DNA of 32,000 nucleotides from Clostridia bacterium (GCA_045599485.1 JAZRWA010000086.1:60039-92038); one strand, 5' to 3'; counted from the first letter of the stretch, positions 7,281 to 16,071 are shown. The notes: generated by a model not told the origin, from the sequence alone. Translations and numbers: made by a program.

Positions 7281-8735
7281 TTACTGCCATTCCACGCGGC
7301 CGGTCGTTTCGGAAGCGGTCAGATCGTAGAGCACATGCTCGACCTCGGGACGGTCGTGCAGGATGCGCATCGTCACACGCTCCAGCAGGTCGGAGGGCAG
7401 ACGGGCGGGATAATACTGCTGTGCGCCCTCGCCGATGTTGACGGCTTTCAGCACGATGACGGAGCGGGCGGAGCTGCCGGGCAGCTCCATCAGCAGGCAG
7501 AAGTGCTGCCGAACACGCTTCAGCTGTCCGGCGGCGTTCAATTCATCGGTAAAGATGGCGTCGGCGGCTCGCAGCGTCTGCAGACGGGCGGGCGTGACCT
7601 CACCCAGTACGCGCAGTGCCAGACCGCTTCCCGGGAAGGTCTGTTTGACCACCACCTCGGCGGGCATGCCCATGTAGGAGCCTGCTTCGCGCACTTCGCT
7701 TTTGAACAGTTCACGCAGGGGCTCAATGCGGGGCAGATCGGGATAGATGACGGGACGCTTGTTTTTGTCAGTGCCGTTCATCACTTCGGTGCAGATGGTG
7801 CCGCGGATCACACAGCTGAACTGACCAAGGTCCGCCAGAGTTTCATCCAGCACGCGCTGCAGCATATCACCGATGATCGCCTTTTTTTCCTGAGGATCGC
7901 GCACGCCCTTCAGCGCCTGCAGGAAGCGATCTTCCGCGTGCACATGGCAGATGTTCAGCCCCATCTGATCACGGTAGAAGGTCAGGAATTTTTCACCTTC
8001 CCGGTCACGCATCAGACCGGTGTCAATAAAGATGCACTGGAGGCGGTCGCCCAGCGCCTTGTGCGCCAGCAGCGCGCTGACGCCGCTGTCCAGACCGCCC
8101 GTCATGGAGCAAAGGGCACGGCCGTTGCCGACCTTGCCTCGGATCTCCTCCACCGCGCCCTGCACAAAGGCCTCGTAATCCCACCAGCGGCTGCAGCCGC
8201 ATACGCCGGTCACAAAGCTCATCAGCAGCGACATGCCGTCGGTATCATTGGATTCCATGGTGTACTGCATGCCGTACAGCTGACGGGCGGCGTCGGCAAA
8301 GCCGATGACCTCGTCCTCGCATTCGGCAATCTGTTCCACCCCGGCCGGCAGGCGCAGACGCCGCACGGCAGATAACAGGCGGTCGCAATCCTCCAGATTC
8401 CCGGTCAGGGGAGAGGACAGAAAACGCACGTGGCCGATCTTGTCGCACAGCGCGGTCTGCTGCACCTCAGCACCCAGTGCCCGGGCAAGCGGTACGGCGG
8501 CGGCACCCAAGGCCAGCACAGGCAGCTGACAGGCAGTTGGGTCAAAAGCCGGTTCCGCGGCGGCGCCGGCGGGGGCGCCGGACAGGATCAACCCCATTGG
8601 GGCCGCGGCGGCAATTTCGTTTTTGGTGACGGAGGCGGATACAATGCGGCAGTAAATGCGCTCCGCCCTCAGACTGCGCGCGATGGCGCGGCTGGAGCTG
8701 TCGTCAAAATTGATGATCAGAACCATGTCCTGCAT
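7281..8735 (-). CDS. GMP-synthase-like ATP pyrophosphatase with a degenerate glutamine-amidotransferase domain
   Basis: PP-loop TGGLDSGV, PFPG-like TFPGSGLALRVLGEVT and C-terminal GRVEWQ follow the GuaA layout. The N-terminal GATase-like region lacks the nucleophile Cys (PVLALGAAAV) and the His of the triad (YGMQYTME). GGGAGG SD. Confidence 0.85.
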   Translation of the reverse strand: MQDMVLIINFDDSSSRAIARSLRAERIYCRIVSASVTKNEIAAAAPMGLILSGAPAGAAAEPAFDPTACQLPVLALGAAAVPLARALGAEVQQTALCDKIGHVRFLSSPLTGNLEDCDRLLSAVRRLRLPAGVEQIAECEDEVIGFADAARQLYGMQYTMESNDTDGMSLLMSFVTGVCGCSRWWDYEAFVQGAVEEIRGKVGNGRALCSMTGGLDSGVSALLAHKALGDRLQCIFIDTGLMRDREGEKFLTFYRDQMGLNICHVHAEDRFLQALKGVRDPQEKKAIIGDMLQRVLDETLADLGQFSCVIRGTICTEVMNGTDKNKRPVIYPDLPRIEPLRELFKSEVREAGSYMGMPAEVVVKQTFPGSGLALRVLGEVTPARLQTLRAADAIFTDELNAAGQLKRVRQHFCLLMELPGSSARSVIVLKAVNIGEGAQQYYPARLPSDLLERVTMRILHDRPEVEHVLYDLTASETTGRVEWQ

Positions 8736-8753
8736 GATGCTTCGCCTCCCGGA

Positions 8754-9659
8754 TCATTCTGAGCAATACTCGGCACGAACGGTAAAATTGTTGTCATCCA
8801 GCCAGAAGGCCTTCTTGTAGGCGGTCTGCAGCGCAGCTGAAGTGTCCCGCCCGGTGATGCCGGTGGATGAGATCCCGCGGTCCAGCTGAAAGCTTCTGAC
8901 AGCCGCCGCGGTGGAGGGACCGTAGGTGCCGGTCACATATTCGGTCTCCAGATACCCCAGGTACTGCAGCTTTTTCTGCACCTCGGTCACCTCGGTGCCG
9001 CTGCAGCCGCCTTGCAGAGTGGTATCGGCCAGGTCGTGTACGGTGCCGTAGCCCAGCACGCGCCAGTCATTCAGCAGATGACTGCTCCGCTGCACCTTGT
9101 CCGGCATGTTGCCTTCCAGCACATGCACGGTAACGATCCCTTTTTCATCCCGGGTGCAATACTCCACCATGGCCACGTGCGAGGTGTTTCCGGCATCGGA
9201 AAAGCTGTAAAACACCCAGTCGCCCGGCTGCGGAATGTAGCCGGAAACGTACTCCCCTGTGGCTTTATACCATTGCTTTCCCCAGGAGGCAACATAACCG
9301 GTGCGGGCAATGTAGCGTCCCTGACGCAAAAACCATCTGAGCCCCGTGTTGGAGCCTGAGTACATGGGATACACATTGCGGAGAAGGGCAGTGCCGTACG
9401 TCCGGTCCACCTGATCGACGCACCAGCAAAGATACTCCGCGCACCACTGGGCATAGGGATCGCCGGACCATTCGCCGTACTTGCTGTAGCCGCTTTTTTC
9501 CTCGGTGTAGCCGAGCTCGCCCCGGGCAATGCTCAACAGCTGCGTAACATAGTCCGGCACGGGGTAATCGGGTTCCAGCACGGTTTCTTCCGCCAGTGCG
9601 AGGGGAGAAAACAGCAGCGCAAGCAGCAGCAGTACAGCCGTCACACTTCTGCGCGACAT
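8754..9659 (-). CDS. secreted CHAP-domain peptidoglycan hydrolase with C-terminal peptidoglycan-binding domain
   Basis: Signal peptide MSRRSVTAVLLLLALLFSPLALA. CHAP-like AQWCAEYLCW ... PGDWVFY ... TSHVAMVE. PG_binding_1-like GTEVTEVQKKLQYLGYL...GPSTAAAVRSFQ. AAGGAGG SD. Confidence 0.85.
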   Translation of the reverse strand: MSRRSVTAVLLLLALLFSPLALAEETVLEPDYPVPDYVTQLLSIARGELGYTEEKSGYSKYGEWSGDPYAQWCAEYLCWCVDQVDRTYGTALLRNVYPMYSGSNTGLRWFLRQGRYIARTGYVASWGKQWYKATGEYVSGYIPQPGDWVFYSFSDAGNTSHVAMVEYCTRDEKGIVTVHVLEGNMPDKVQRSSHLLNDWRVLGYGTVHDLADTTLQGGCSGTEVTEVQKKLQYLGYLETEYVTGTYGPSTAAAVRSFQLDRGISSTGITGRDTSAALQTAYKKAFWLDDNNFTVRAEYCSE

Positions 9660-9698
9660 CGTTTCTCCTCCTTTCAGGCTGACAGAACTTTACCCCTT

Positions 9699-9727
9699 AT
9701 TATAGCACAGAGGCGGAAGGTCGTCAA
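9699..9727 (-). promoter_or_regulatory. sigma-70-type promoter for the CHAP gene block
   Basis: On the minus strand: TTGACG (complement of 9722-9727), 17-nt spacer, TGcTATAAT (TATAAT = complement of 9699-9704). It lies about 40 nt upstream of ATG 9659. Confidence 0.5.
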
Positions 9728-9745
9728 ACCTCCCGCCTATAGGCA

Positions 9746-10522
9746 TTATCTGATATACTGCGGCAGCCGTTCCACGCTGCGGCGCAGTGCCTCGATGCTC
9801 TTGACTTCGATCACCGCACGCGCCCCTGATTGTTCACCGCGGGCGATCAGCGCGGCAATGTCCAGATGACCGTCACCCAGCGCCAGATGGCAGTCGGCGG
9901 CGGAATCGTGCAGGTGCATGTGCTTCAGTTCGTCAAAATGCCTGTCGTACAAGGGCATATCAACGCCGTGAGCCAGGTCGTTGTGCCCCACGTCCAGCGT
10001 CAGGTGGAATACAGGGCTTTGGAGCAGAAGTTCGATGGCTTCCAGCCGGAAGGAGTGATAACCGTCGGTGTTTTCCACGCAGACATTGACTTTTCCGCCG
10101 GAGGCTTTTTCACAGGCGTCGCGGAAAATTTCGGTGCAGCGCAGATAATCCTCCCGGTAGGCATCATACAGGTATACCTTGCGGTCGGGCTGCGTGACCA
10201 CGATGCCCTTTTCCCAATGCAGGTTGACGGTGGGCATGCCGGCATCGGCCGCCAGACGAATGGCATCGGCGGCGTTCTGCACATAGGCGGCGCGCACACG
10301 GCTGTCAAAGGCACAGGGGGTCAGCACTTCGTCCAGATGAAAGGTAAAATAGATGCCGTATCGGTCCTGCAGCTCCCGCAGCATCGGCGCGTTCATGCGG
10401 TCCAGCGTGCAGAGGGGAAAGCTCATGTTGAGCTCAACAAACTTCAGACCCAGCTCCGCGCACAGGGCAGCGCTTTCATCAATGGAGCGGTTCTCCAGCA
10501 GAAAAGGCATTCCGAAATCCAT
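9746..10522 (-). CDS. sugar-phosphate isomerase/epimerase (xylose-isomerase-like TIM barrel)
   Basis: FVELN...FTFHLDE...VNLHW...VCVENT...LTLDVGH...MHLHD pattern typical of AP_endonuc_2/TIM-barrel proteins. GGAAGGAG SD; the start abuts the upstream stop. Confidence 0.8.
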   Translation of the reverse strand: MDFGMPFLLENRSIDESAALCAELGLKFVELNMSFPLCTLDRMNAPMLRELQDRYGIYFTFHLDEVLTPCAFDSRVRAAYVQNAADAIRLAADAGMPTVNLHWEKGIVVTQPDRKVYLYDAYREDYLRCTEIFRDACEKASGGKVNVCVENTDGYHSFRLEAIELLLQSPVFHLTLDVGHNDLAHGVDMPLYDRHFDELKHMHLHDSAADCHLALGDGHLDIAALIARGEQSGARAVIEVKSIEALRRSVERLPQYIR

Positions 10523-10525
10523 TGA

Positions 10526-11287
10526 TCAGCGCTCCTTCCGGCAATGAACGGCGATGTATGTAGGAATGTTCAATTCCTTGAGACGGCCGCTTTCGTTGGT
10601 ATCTTCATAAACGGTGCGCAGCGAAAAGCCCGCCCGAAGCAGTGCGGCGATGGTCTCGCCTGCCGTGTGGGAAAACTGAACGCCGTAGTCCTGCTGTACC
10701 GAACGCTGCATCAGCATCGGATCAGTCAGAGGGTCAAAGGGCAGGGCCTGCACCAGCTCCTTTTCGTTATCATCCACGCAATAGTTGAAGCCGTTGTCAA
10801 AGCCGCCAAGCAGCTGGCCGCCGGGCTTCAATACGCGGTAGCATTCAATGAACAGAGGGTCCAGATAGCGGATATAGCAGGTGGAGACGGGCAGAAAGAT
10901 CAGATCGAAACTTTCGTCCGGGAAGGGCAGGGGCTCGGTCATGTCGGCCTCATGGATGTCGATGGTATATCCCATGCGGGCGGCAAATTCCCGGTCGGAA
11001 CGGCATTGCGCCGGGCTGATGTCCAGCAGCGTGCATTCGGCGCCAAGCGCGGCAAAAACGGGCATTTGCTGCGCGCCGCCGGCAGCCAGACCCAGCACTT
11101 TTTTTCCCTTCAGATCACGCAGCCAGGCCTTGGGCACCGATTTGTTGGGTGTCAGCAGCAAGTGCCAGCGGCCTTCGCGGGCACTTTGGTATTCCTCGTC
11201 CCGGATGGGCTGACCCCAGCGCCAGCCCTCGCGGCACCAGCGGTCAATGATCCCCGCGTTCATGCGGGTATATTTCATTTCTTCCAT
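10526..11287 (-). CDS. class I SAM-dependent methyltransferase
   Basis: Motif I VLGLAAGGAQQMPVFAALGAECTLLDIS, post-I/II FDLIF, and RVLKPGGQL. The start could also be the ATG 9 nt downstream. Confidence 0.85.
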   Translation of the reverse strand: MEEMKYTRMNAGIIDRWCREGWRWGQPIRDEEYQSAREGRWHLLLTPNKSVPKAWLRDLKGKKVLGLAAGGAQQMPVFAALGAECTLLDISPAQCRSDREFAARMGYTIDIHEADMTEPLPFPDESFDLIFLPVSTCYIRYLDPLFIECYRVLKPGGQLLGGFDNGFNYCVDDNEKELVQALPFDPLTDPMLMQRSVQQDYGVQFSHTAGETIAALLRAGFSLRTVYEDTNESGRLKELNIPTYIAVHCRKER

Positions 11288-11399
11288 ATAAATTCAATCC
11301 TTTCGCGGCGGCGGCCGCCTTTCCTATTTTACCACAGTTTCAGCGGGAATGATACCCTGTTTTGCAGGCGTCAAAGCGGCGCAAAATGCGGTGAAATTG

Positions 11400-11428
11400 T
11401 TGACACCACGCGGCAAATGTGTTATTAT
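11400..11428 (+). promoter_or_regulatory. sigma-70-type promoter of the rplU operon
   Basis: TTGACA (11400-11405), 17-nt spacer, TATTAT (11423-11428). Confidence 0.65.
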
Positions 11429-11434
11429 ATCAGG

Positions 11435-11530
11435 GTAAGCCGCTCGGGCGGGGCCTTTAAAATGCGCATCTGCGCTGCCTCGTGGCTGAAAGATGCCTGT
11501 GAAGCCCGGCGAGTTCTAAACAGGAGGTGC
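11435..11530 (+). promoter_or_regulatory. structured 5' leader of rplU (possible L21-leader type ribosomal-protein autoregulatory element)
   Basis: About 100-nt GC-rich leader between the promoter and the AGGAGG SD, with local hairpins (CCGCtcggGCGG, GCGCatctGCGC). The position matches the Firmicutes L21 leader, but I cannot verify the fold or covariation. Confidence 0.35.
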
Positions 11531-11537
11531 TGCCATC

Positions 11538-11843
11538 ATGTACGCGATTATTGCTACCGGCGGCAAACAGTACCGTGTCTCTCAGGGAGACGTCATCTAT
11601 GTTGAGAAACTGAACAACGAAGTGAACGACGAAGTCACCTTCCCCGTGCTGATGCTCGGCGGTGAAACCGTTCAGGTCGGCAACCCCGTTGTCGAGGGCG
11701 CTACCGTTACCGGTAAGGTCCTGCAGCAGGGCAAGGGCCAGAAGATCCTGATCCTCAAGTACAAGAGCAAGAAGAATTACCGCCGTAAGGCCGGTCATCG
11801 TCAGCCCTTTACCAAGGTCGAGATCACCGCGATCAACGGCTGA
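11538..11843 (+). CDS. rplU: 50S ribosomal protein L21
   Basis: [25 protein letters not shown]... is a canonical L21 N-terminus. AGGAGG SD. Confidence 0.97.
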   Translation: MYAIIATGGKQYRVSQGDVIYVEKLNNEVNDEVTFPVLMLGGETVQVGNPVVEGATVTGKVLQQGKGQKILILKYKSKKNYRRKAGHRQPFTKVEITAING

Positions 11844-12154
11844 TGACCAGGGTCATCCTGTATCACGACAAGGGCGGTGTGCCTTGCGGTTTTGAGTGCC
11901 GCGGCCATGCCGGTTTTGCCGAAGAAGGGTACGACATCGTTTGTGCGGCGGTTTCCGTGCTGGCAACGACCTGCGTCAACGCTTTGGAAAGCGTGGCGGG
12001 GCAGGCGCCGGAGCTGGAAACGGGGGACGGGCTCATCCGGGCACGTCTTGAACAGCCCAATCATGACGCTGTGGTGCTGCTCAAAGCCTTTGAACAAGGT
12101 ATACAGGATATCGGTCAATCTTATCCCAAGTACATCCGCATCACCGTGCGGTGA
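11843..12154 (+). CDS. prp: ribosomal-processing cysteine protease Prp (YsxB family)
   Basis: Located between rplU and rpmA. GFECRGHAGFAEEGYDIVCAAVSVLATT carries the conserved His/Cys pair of Prp. ATG overlaps the rplU stop (TGATG). Confidence 0.9.
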   Translation: MTRVILYHDKGGVPCGFECRGHAGFAEEGYDIVCAAVSVLATTCVNALESVAGQAPELETGDGLIRARLEQPNHDAVVLLKAFEQGIQDIGQSYPKYIRITVR

Positions 12155-12175
12155 ATAAAAACGGAGGAAGCTACC

Positions 12176-12460
12176 ATGATGAAACTCAATCTTCAGTTGT
12201 TCGCTCATAAAAAAGGTATGGGCTCCACCCGCAACGGCCGCGACAGCGAAAGCAAGCGTCTCGGTGCGAAGCGCGCTGATGGTCAGTTCGTGCTGGCCGG
12301 CAACATTCTGGTTCGCCAGCGCGGCACCCACATCAACCCCGGCGTGAACGTGGGCATCGGCAAGGATGATACCCTGTTCGCCAAGGCTGACGGTATCGTG
12401 CGTTTCGAGCGCCTGGGCCGCGACAAGAAGCAGGTTTGTGTCTACCCCAAGGAGCAGTAA
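12176..12460 (+). CDS. rpmA: 50S ribosomal protein L27 with N-terminal propeptide
   Basis: [37 protein letters not shown] matches L27, and the LNLQLFA extension is the Prp cleavage motif. Confidence 0.97.
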   Translation: MMKLNLQLFAHKKGMGSTRNGRDSESKRLGAKRADGQFVLAGNILVRQRGTHINPGVNVGIGKDDTLFAKADGIVRFERLGRDKKQVCVYPKEQ

Positions 12461-12472
12461 TTTTTTGCTCCC

Positions 12473-12504
12473 AAAGCCGCTGCCCGGTGCAGCGGCTTTT
12501 TTTC
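12473..12504 (+). terminator. intrinsic terminator of the rplU-prp-rpmA operon
   Basis: Stem AAAGCCGCTGC / GCAGCGGCTTT with a short loop, followed by TTTTTT. Confidence 0.8.
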
Positions 12505-12535
12505 CACTTTTGACGATCATGATCGGAGAGAATCA

Positions 12536-13414
12536 GTGAGCTATCAGATCATTACCGATACATCGGCCAACCTGCCTTCCTCCTATCTGCTGGAGCACGG
12601 CGTGGATATCGCCCCCTTCTCCTATTTTGTGGAGGGCGTTGAAATGCAGTGCCTGAACAGCACGGTATTTGACGGCAAAAAGTTTTATGACGATATGCGG
12701 GCCGGCATGAAGGTGACCACCTCCCAGATCAATCCGCAGACCTTTGAGGAATGCTTTGAGAAGTATCTGTCCCAGGGTCAGGACGTGCTGTTTATCTCCA
12801 TGTCCTCCGGCATCAGCGGCTCCTATAACTCTTCCATGATCGCCGCGGAGGCGCTTAAGGAAAAGTATCCGGAGCGGAAGATCGTATCCATCGATACCCG
12901 CGCCGCGTCCCTCGGCGAGGGCATTTCGGTCATGCTGGCGGTAAAAAACCGCGACAACGGCATGTCCATTGCCGATAACGAGGCTTTCCTGCGTGATCTG
13001 GTGCAGCATGTCTATCAGGTGTTTACGGTGGATGACCTGAAATACCTCAGTCACACGGGCCGTCTTCACAGCGCGGTGGCGTTTGTCACCTCCATGCTCA
13101 ATATCAAGCCTTTGCTCAAGGGCGATGAAATGGGCCGGATCGTCAACTTCGGTATTGTACGCGGCCGCAAAAAGGCTGTTCAGTCGCTGGCCCAGAAGTA
13201 TGATGAGCTGGTGGAAAAGCCCGGAGAGCAGACCGTTTGCATCGCGCATGCCGACTGTGCGGCCGAAGCCGCGCAGCTGGCGGAATTGCTGCGCCGCAAC
13301 CATCCGCCCCGGGAGATCATGACCGTCGATTATGAGCCGGTGACGGGCAGCCATGTGGGCCCCGGCACCATCGCTCTCTTCTTCCTTGGCGGGGAAAACG
13401 TGCGCGAAAAGTAA
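12536..13414 (+). CDS. DegV-family fatty-acid-binding protein
   Basis: MSYQIITDTSANLP...TSQINP...ISMSSGISGSYNS...HADC...GSHVGPGTIALFF is the DegV signature layout. GTG start 5 nt after GGAGAG. Confidence 0.9.
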   Translation: MSYQIITDTSANLPSSYLLEHGVDIAPFSYFVEGVEMQCLNSTVFDGKKFYDDMRAGMKVTTSQINPQTFEECFEKYLSQGQDVLFISMSSGISGSYNSSMIAAEALKEKYPERKIVSIDTRAASLGEGISVMLAVKNRDNGMSIADNEAFLRDLVQHVYQVFTVDDLKYLSHTGRLHSAVAFVTSMLNIKPLLKGDEMGRIVNFGIVRGRKKAVQSLAQKYDELVEKPGEQTVCIAHADCAAEAAQLAELLRRNHPPREIMTVDYEPVTGSHVGPGTIALFFLGGENVREK

Positions 13415-13471
13415 TACAAACAGTCCCTCAGGGCAAAAGACCTGAGGGGCTTCCACTGTATGGAGGATAAA

Positions 13472-14152
13472 ATGATTGCCGCAATTGTAAATGCCGCTGT
13501 GATTATCCTGGGCTCCCTCGTGGGATTGCTGCTGCACGGCAAACTGCCCGAGCGCTATAACGATGCCATCTCCAAGGGCCTGGGCCTGTGCACGGTGGTG
13601 ATCGGCCTCAGCACGGCGCTGAAGACCGCCAACATGCTGATCGTCATCATCTCGGTGGCGGTGGGCGGCTTTATCGGCTGCTTCATCGATATTGAAAAAT
13701 GGCTGGGCCGTCTGGGAACGACCATTGAAAACCGCTTCAGCAAGGGCGAGGAGGGCAGCTTTGCCAAGGGCTTTGTGACGGCTTCGCTGCTGTACTGTGT
13801 GGGCGCCATGGCCATTGTGGGCTCGCTGGACGCCGGCCTTCGCGGCGATTACAGCACCATCTTTGCCAAGTCCGTGCTGGACGGCGTGATGGCCATCTTT
13901 CTGACGGGCAGCTGCGGCATCGGCGTCATGGCCTCCGCGGTCACGGTACTGGTGTATCAGGGCTTTATCACCTTGCTGGCCGGAGCGGTAGAACCTGTGC
14001 TGACCGCGGCGGTGGTGACCGAAATGAGCGCGGCCGGCGGTGTGCTTATCATGGGCATCGGTCTCAACCTGATCCGCAAGGAGCACATTCCCGTGGGCAA
14101 CCTGCTGCCGGCTGTGCTGCTGCCTGTTGTGCTGACGGGGCTTTTTCTGTGA
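13472..14152 (+). CDS. DUF554-family membrane protein
   Basis: MIAAIVNAAVIILGSLVGLLL... is polytopic and Gly/Ala-rich, resembling YdfK/YqgA. Start moved to ATG 13472 (GGAGGAtaaaATG). Confidence 0.8.
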   Translation: MIAAIVNAAVIILGSLVGLLLHGKLPERYNDAISKGLGLCTVVIGLSTALKTANMLIVIISVAVGGFIGCFIDIEKWLGRLGTTIENRFSKGEEGSFAKGFVTASLLYCVGAMAIVGSLDAGLRGDYSTIFAKSVLDGVMAIFLTGSCGIGVMASAVTVLVYQGFITLLAGAVEPVLTAAVVTEMSAAGGVLIMGIGLNLIRKEHIPVGNLLPAVLLPVVLTGLFL

Positions 14153-14595
14153 GAATCGAGATCATCAAACATTTAAGACAGCTGACGGTGCTGGACGACA
14201 GCGGATCGGCTGTTTTTTGCTGCCGCACCGCGCTGGGCTTTTGCCCCGAAGGCAACAAGGAGCGCGCCGGGGATGGACGCACACCGGAAGGGGAATATTA
14301 TATCTGTTTGCGGCGGGAAAACGGCAAATTCGGTCCGTCACTGGGGCTCAGCTATCCCTCTTCTGCCGATGCGCTGCGCCTGCGGGCGGAAGAAGATTTG
14401 CTGGAATACATCCGCCAGTGTGAGCGTGAACAAAAAAGACCGCCCTGGGGCACAGCCCTGGGCGGAGAGATCTGTATCCATGGGGGAGGCAGCGGCAGAG
14501 ACTGGACTGCGGGCTGCATTGCCCTTGAGGCGGAGGACATTGCGCAAGTCTATGCCCTTTGCCGCGAGGGGGATCCGGTCAGGATCCTGCCGTAA
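14149..14595 (+). CDS. small YkuD-type L,D-transpeptidase catalytic-domain protein without a signal peptide
   Basis: ICIHGGGSGRDWTAGCIALEAEDIAQVY matches the HG...(S/T)xGC active-site motif. GTG start overlaps the DUF554 stop (GTGA). Confidence 0.7.
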   Translation: MRIEIIKHLRQLTVLDDSGSAVFCCRTALGFCPEGNKERAGDGRTPEGEYYICLRRENGKFGPSLGLSYPSSADALRLRAEEDLLEYIRQCEREQKRPPWGTALGGEICIHGGGSGRDWTAGCIALEAEDIAQVYALCREGDPVRILP

Positions 14596-15586
14596 CGCGG
14601 TAAATGGCAATGTACAGCGCGCCATCCTGTGCCAGCGCTTCGAAACGGATGGGGAACTCGTAATCGTTGCGGAAGATAAAGTTGATGCCTTTGGTGTTGT
14701 TGCCCACAGCGGCATCCATGCCAAGACACAGATAGGCGGCACCGTCCGCGCCGTGCGCTCTGCGGTCAATGATGGTGATGCCGGGCAGCTGCAGCACTGC
14801 GTTGTACAGGGTACTGGACACCTGACACACGCCGCCGCCCCAGCCGAGGTTCCAGCCGCCGGTGATCAGCACCGGACCCTTGATGTAGCCTTTGTTGGCT
14901 TTGAAGGGGCCGTAATGGTTGTTGTAGTTCAGGGTCTTTCCCGGGGCGAGCGTTTCACCGCTCATGGCCTCGCAGTTGACGCCGATATTGACCTCTTTGC
15001 CGTGTGCCATCGGCTCGGTGGAATTGATGACATAATAGGAAGTAAAGGCAGCGATGGGGGCCTCGTCCGTGCCGCTGAAGGCATCCGGCCAGATGGGCTG
15101 CAGCTCGCTGAAGGAAGCGGCGTCCACATAACCGTACTGGCGGTAATAATTGAGCACCGCCCATCCGTCCTCAAAGCCGAGGACGGATATTTTTGTGCCC
15201 GGCGTCAGGCTGAACAGCATTTCACTGCCGGCTTCGGGGGCGGAAAGAATCGAGGCACCGTGTTGCCCCACGGTAGCGGTGTAGGTGTAAACCTCCACGC
15301 CCCACGGCGGGGTATTGACTTTGTCGACCGGTCGGCCGACATTGAGGTGAGCGCGGTTGATATAGCCTTTGGCACCATTGTAGCCCACATAGGCCCATTC
15401 GGGATAGAGGGCATAGACCTGCACCGTGGCCCCCTTGCCTGCGGAACCGACAGGAGAGGACTTTTTGTTCATCTCGGAGCGGATGTACACATCCAGCGAG
15501 GTGGTGGTGGTATACAGGGCTGTTTCGGCGGCTGCCCCTGTGCACAGAAGCACAAGCAGCAGCAGCGGGAGCAGTAATTTTTTCAT
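14579..15586 (-). CDS. secreted VanW-family protein with two SH3b-like domains
   Basis: Signal peptide MKKLLLPLLLLVLLCTGAAA. SH3-like repeats (VYALYPEWAYVGYNGAKGYI; VLGFEDGWAVLNYYRQYGYV). VanW core GGGVCQVSSTLYNA. Confidence 0.85.
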   Translation of the reverse strand: MKKLLLPLLLLVLLCTGAAAETALYTTTTSLDVYIRSEMNKKSSPVGSAGKGATVQVYALYPEWAYVGYNGAKGYINRAHLNVGRPVDKVNTPPWGVEVYTYTATVGQHGASILSAPEAGSEMLFSLTPGTKISVLGFEDGWAVLNYYRQYGYVDAASFSELQPIWPDAFSGTDEAPIAAFTSYYVINSTEPMAHGKEVNIGVNCEAMSGETLAPGKTLNYNNHYGPFKANKGYIKGPVLITGGWNLGWGGGVCQVSSTLYNAVLQLPGITIIDRRAHGADGAAYLCLGMDAAVGNNTKGINFIFRNDYEFPIRFEALAQDGALYIAIYRVTAGS

Positions 15587-16071
15587 GCTTGCTTTTCTCC
15601 GGCGGGGGTCATGGGCGTACCGTTCAGGCTGCAGCTGACCAGCGTGTCACCCACATAGGATAATTTGAGGGAAAAGAAATCACGGCTTTCCCGGAGCAGG
15701 CGCAGAAAAACGCGGTCGCCTTCCCAAAGATTGAGCTCTTCGATCTGTTCGATGGGCACCCAGCGCAGCACGCCTTCGGCACAATCGGGCTTTACTTCGC
15801 CCTCGGCTTCGCTGGTGTAGAGAAAAATGATTTCGCTCTCCCAGCCTTCCGAGATGAAGGTGATATTGCCGCGGGGCACGGGGCGGATCAGCGTAAGACC
15901 GGTTTCCTCCATGACCTCGCGGGCAACGCACTCATCGGGCGACTCGTCCTTTTCAAGCTTGCCGCCCACGCCGATCCACTTGCCGGCATTGACATCCTTG
16001 TTCTTTTTGACGCGGTGCAGCATCAGGTACTGCCCTTCCCGCTCAATGTAGCACAGGGTGGAAAGGATCAT
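15583..16071 (-). CDS. NUDIX hydrolase (MutT-like)
   Basis: Nudix box GKWIGVGGKLEKDESPDECVAREVMEETGL. ATGA overlaps at both ends. Confidence 0.9.
   Translation of the reverse strand: MILSTLCYIEREGQYLMLHRVKKNKDVNAGKWIGVGGKLEKDESPDECVAREVMEETGLTLIRPVPRGNITFISEGWESEIIFLYTSEAEGEVKPDCAEGVLRWVPIEQIEELNLWEGDRVFLRLLRESRDFFSLKLSYVGDTLVSCSLNGTPMTPAGEKQA

Noticed and set aside
9711-9737. Hairpin GGCGGAAGG / CCTCCCGCC after the TIM-barrel gene as a terminator
   Set aside because: On the minus strand no U-run follows it, and it overlaps the -35 of the CHAP-gene promoter. A terminator function is doubtful.
11961-11976. TGGCAAcgaccTGCG inside prp as a sigma-54 promoter
   Set aside because: The GC of the -12 box is one nt out of register, the -24 box is imperfect, and it lies inside a coding region of a ribosomal operon.
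13425-13448. 8-bp perfect hairpin CCCTCAGG / CCTGAGGG between degV and the DUF554 gene as a terminator
   Set aside because: No U-tract follows it (gcttccactg). It may be a partial attenuator or an mRNA-stabilising stem, but I cannot call it a terminator.
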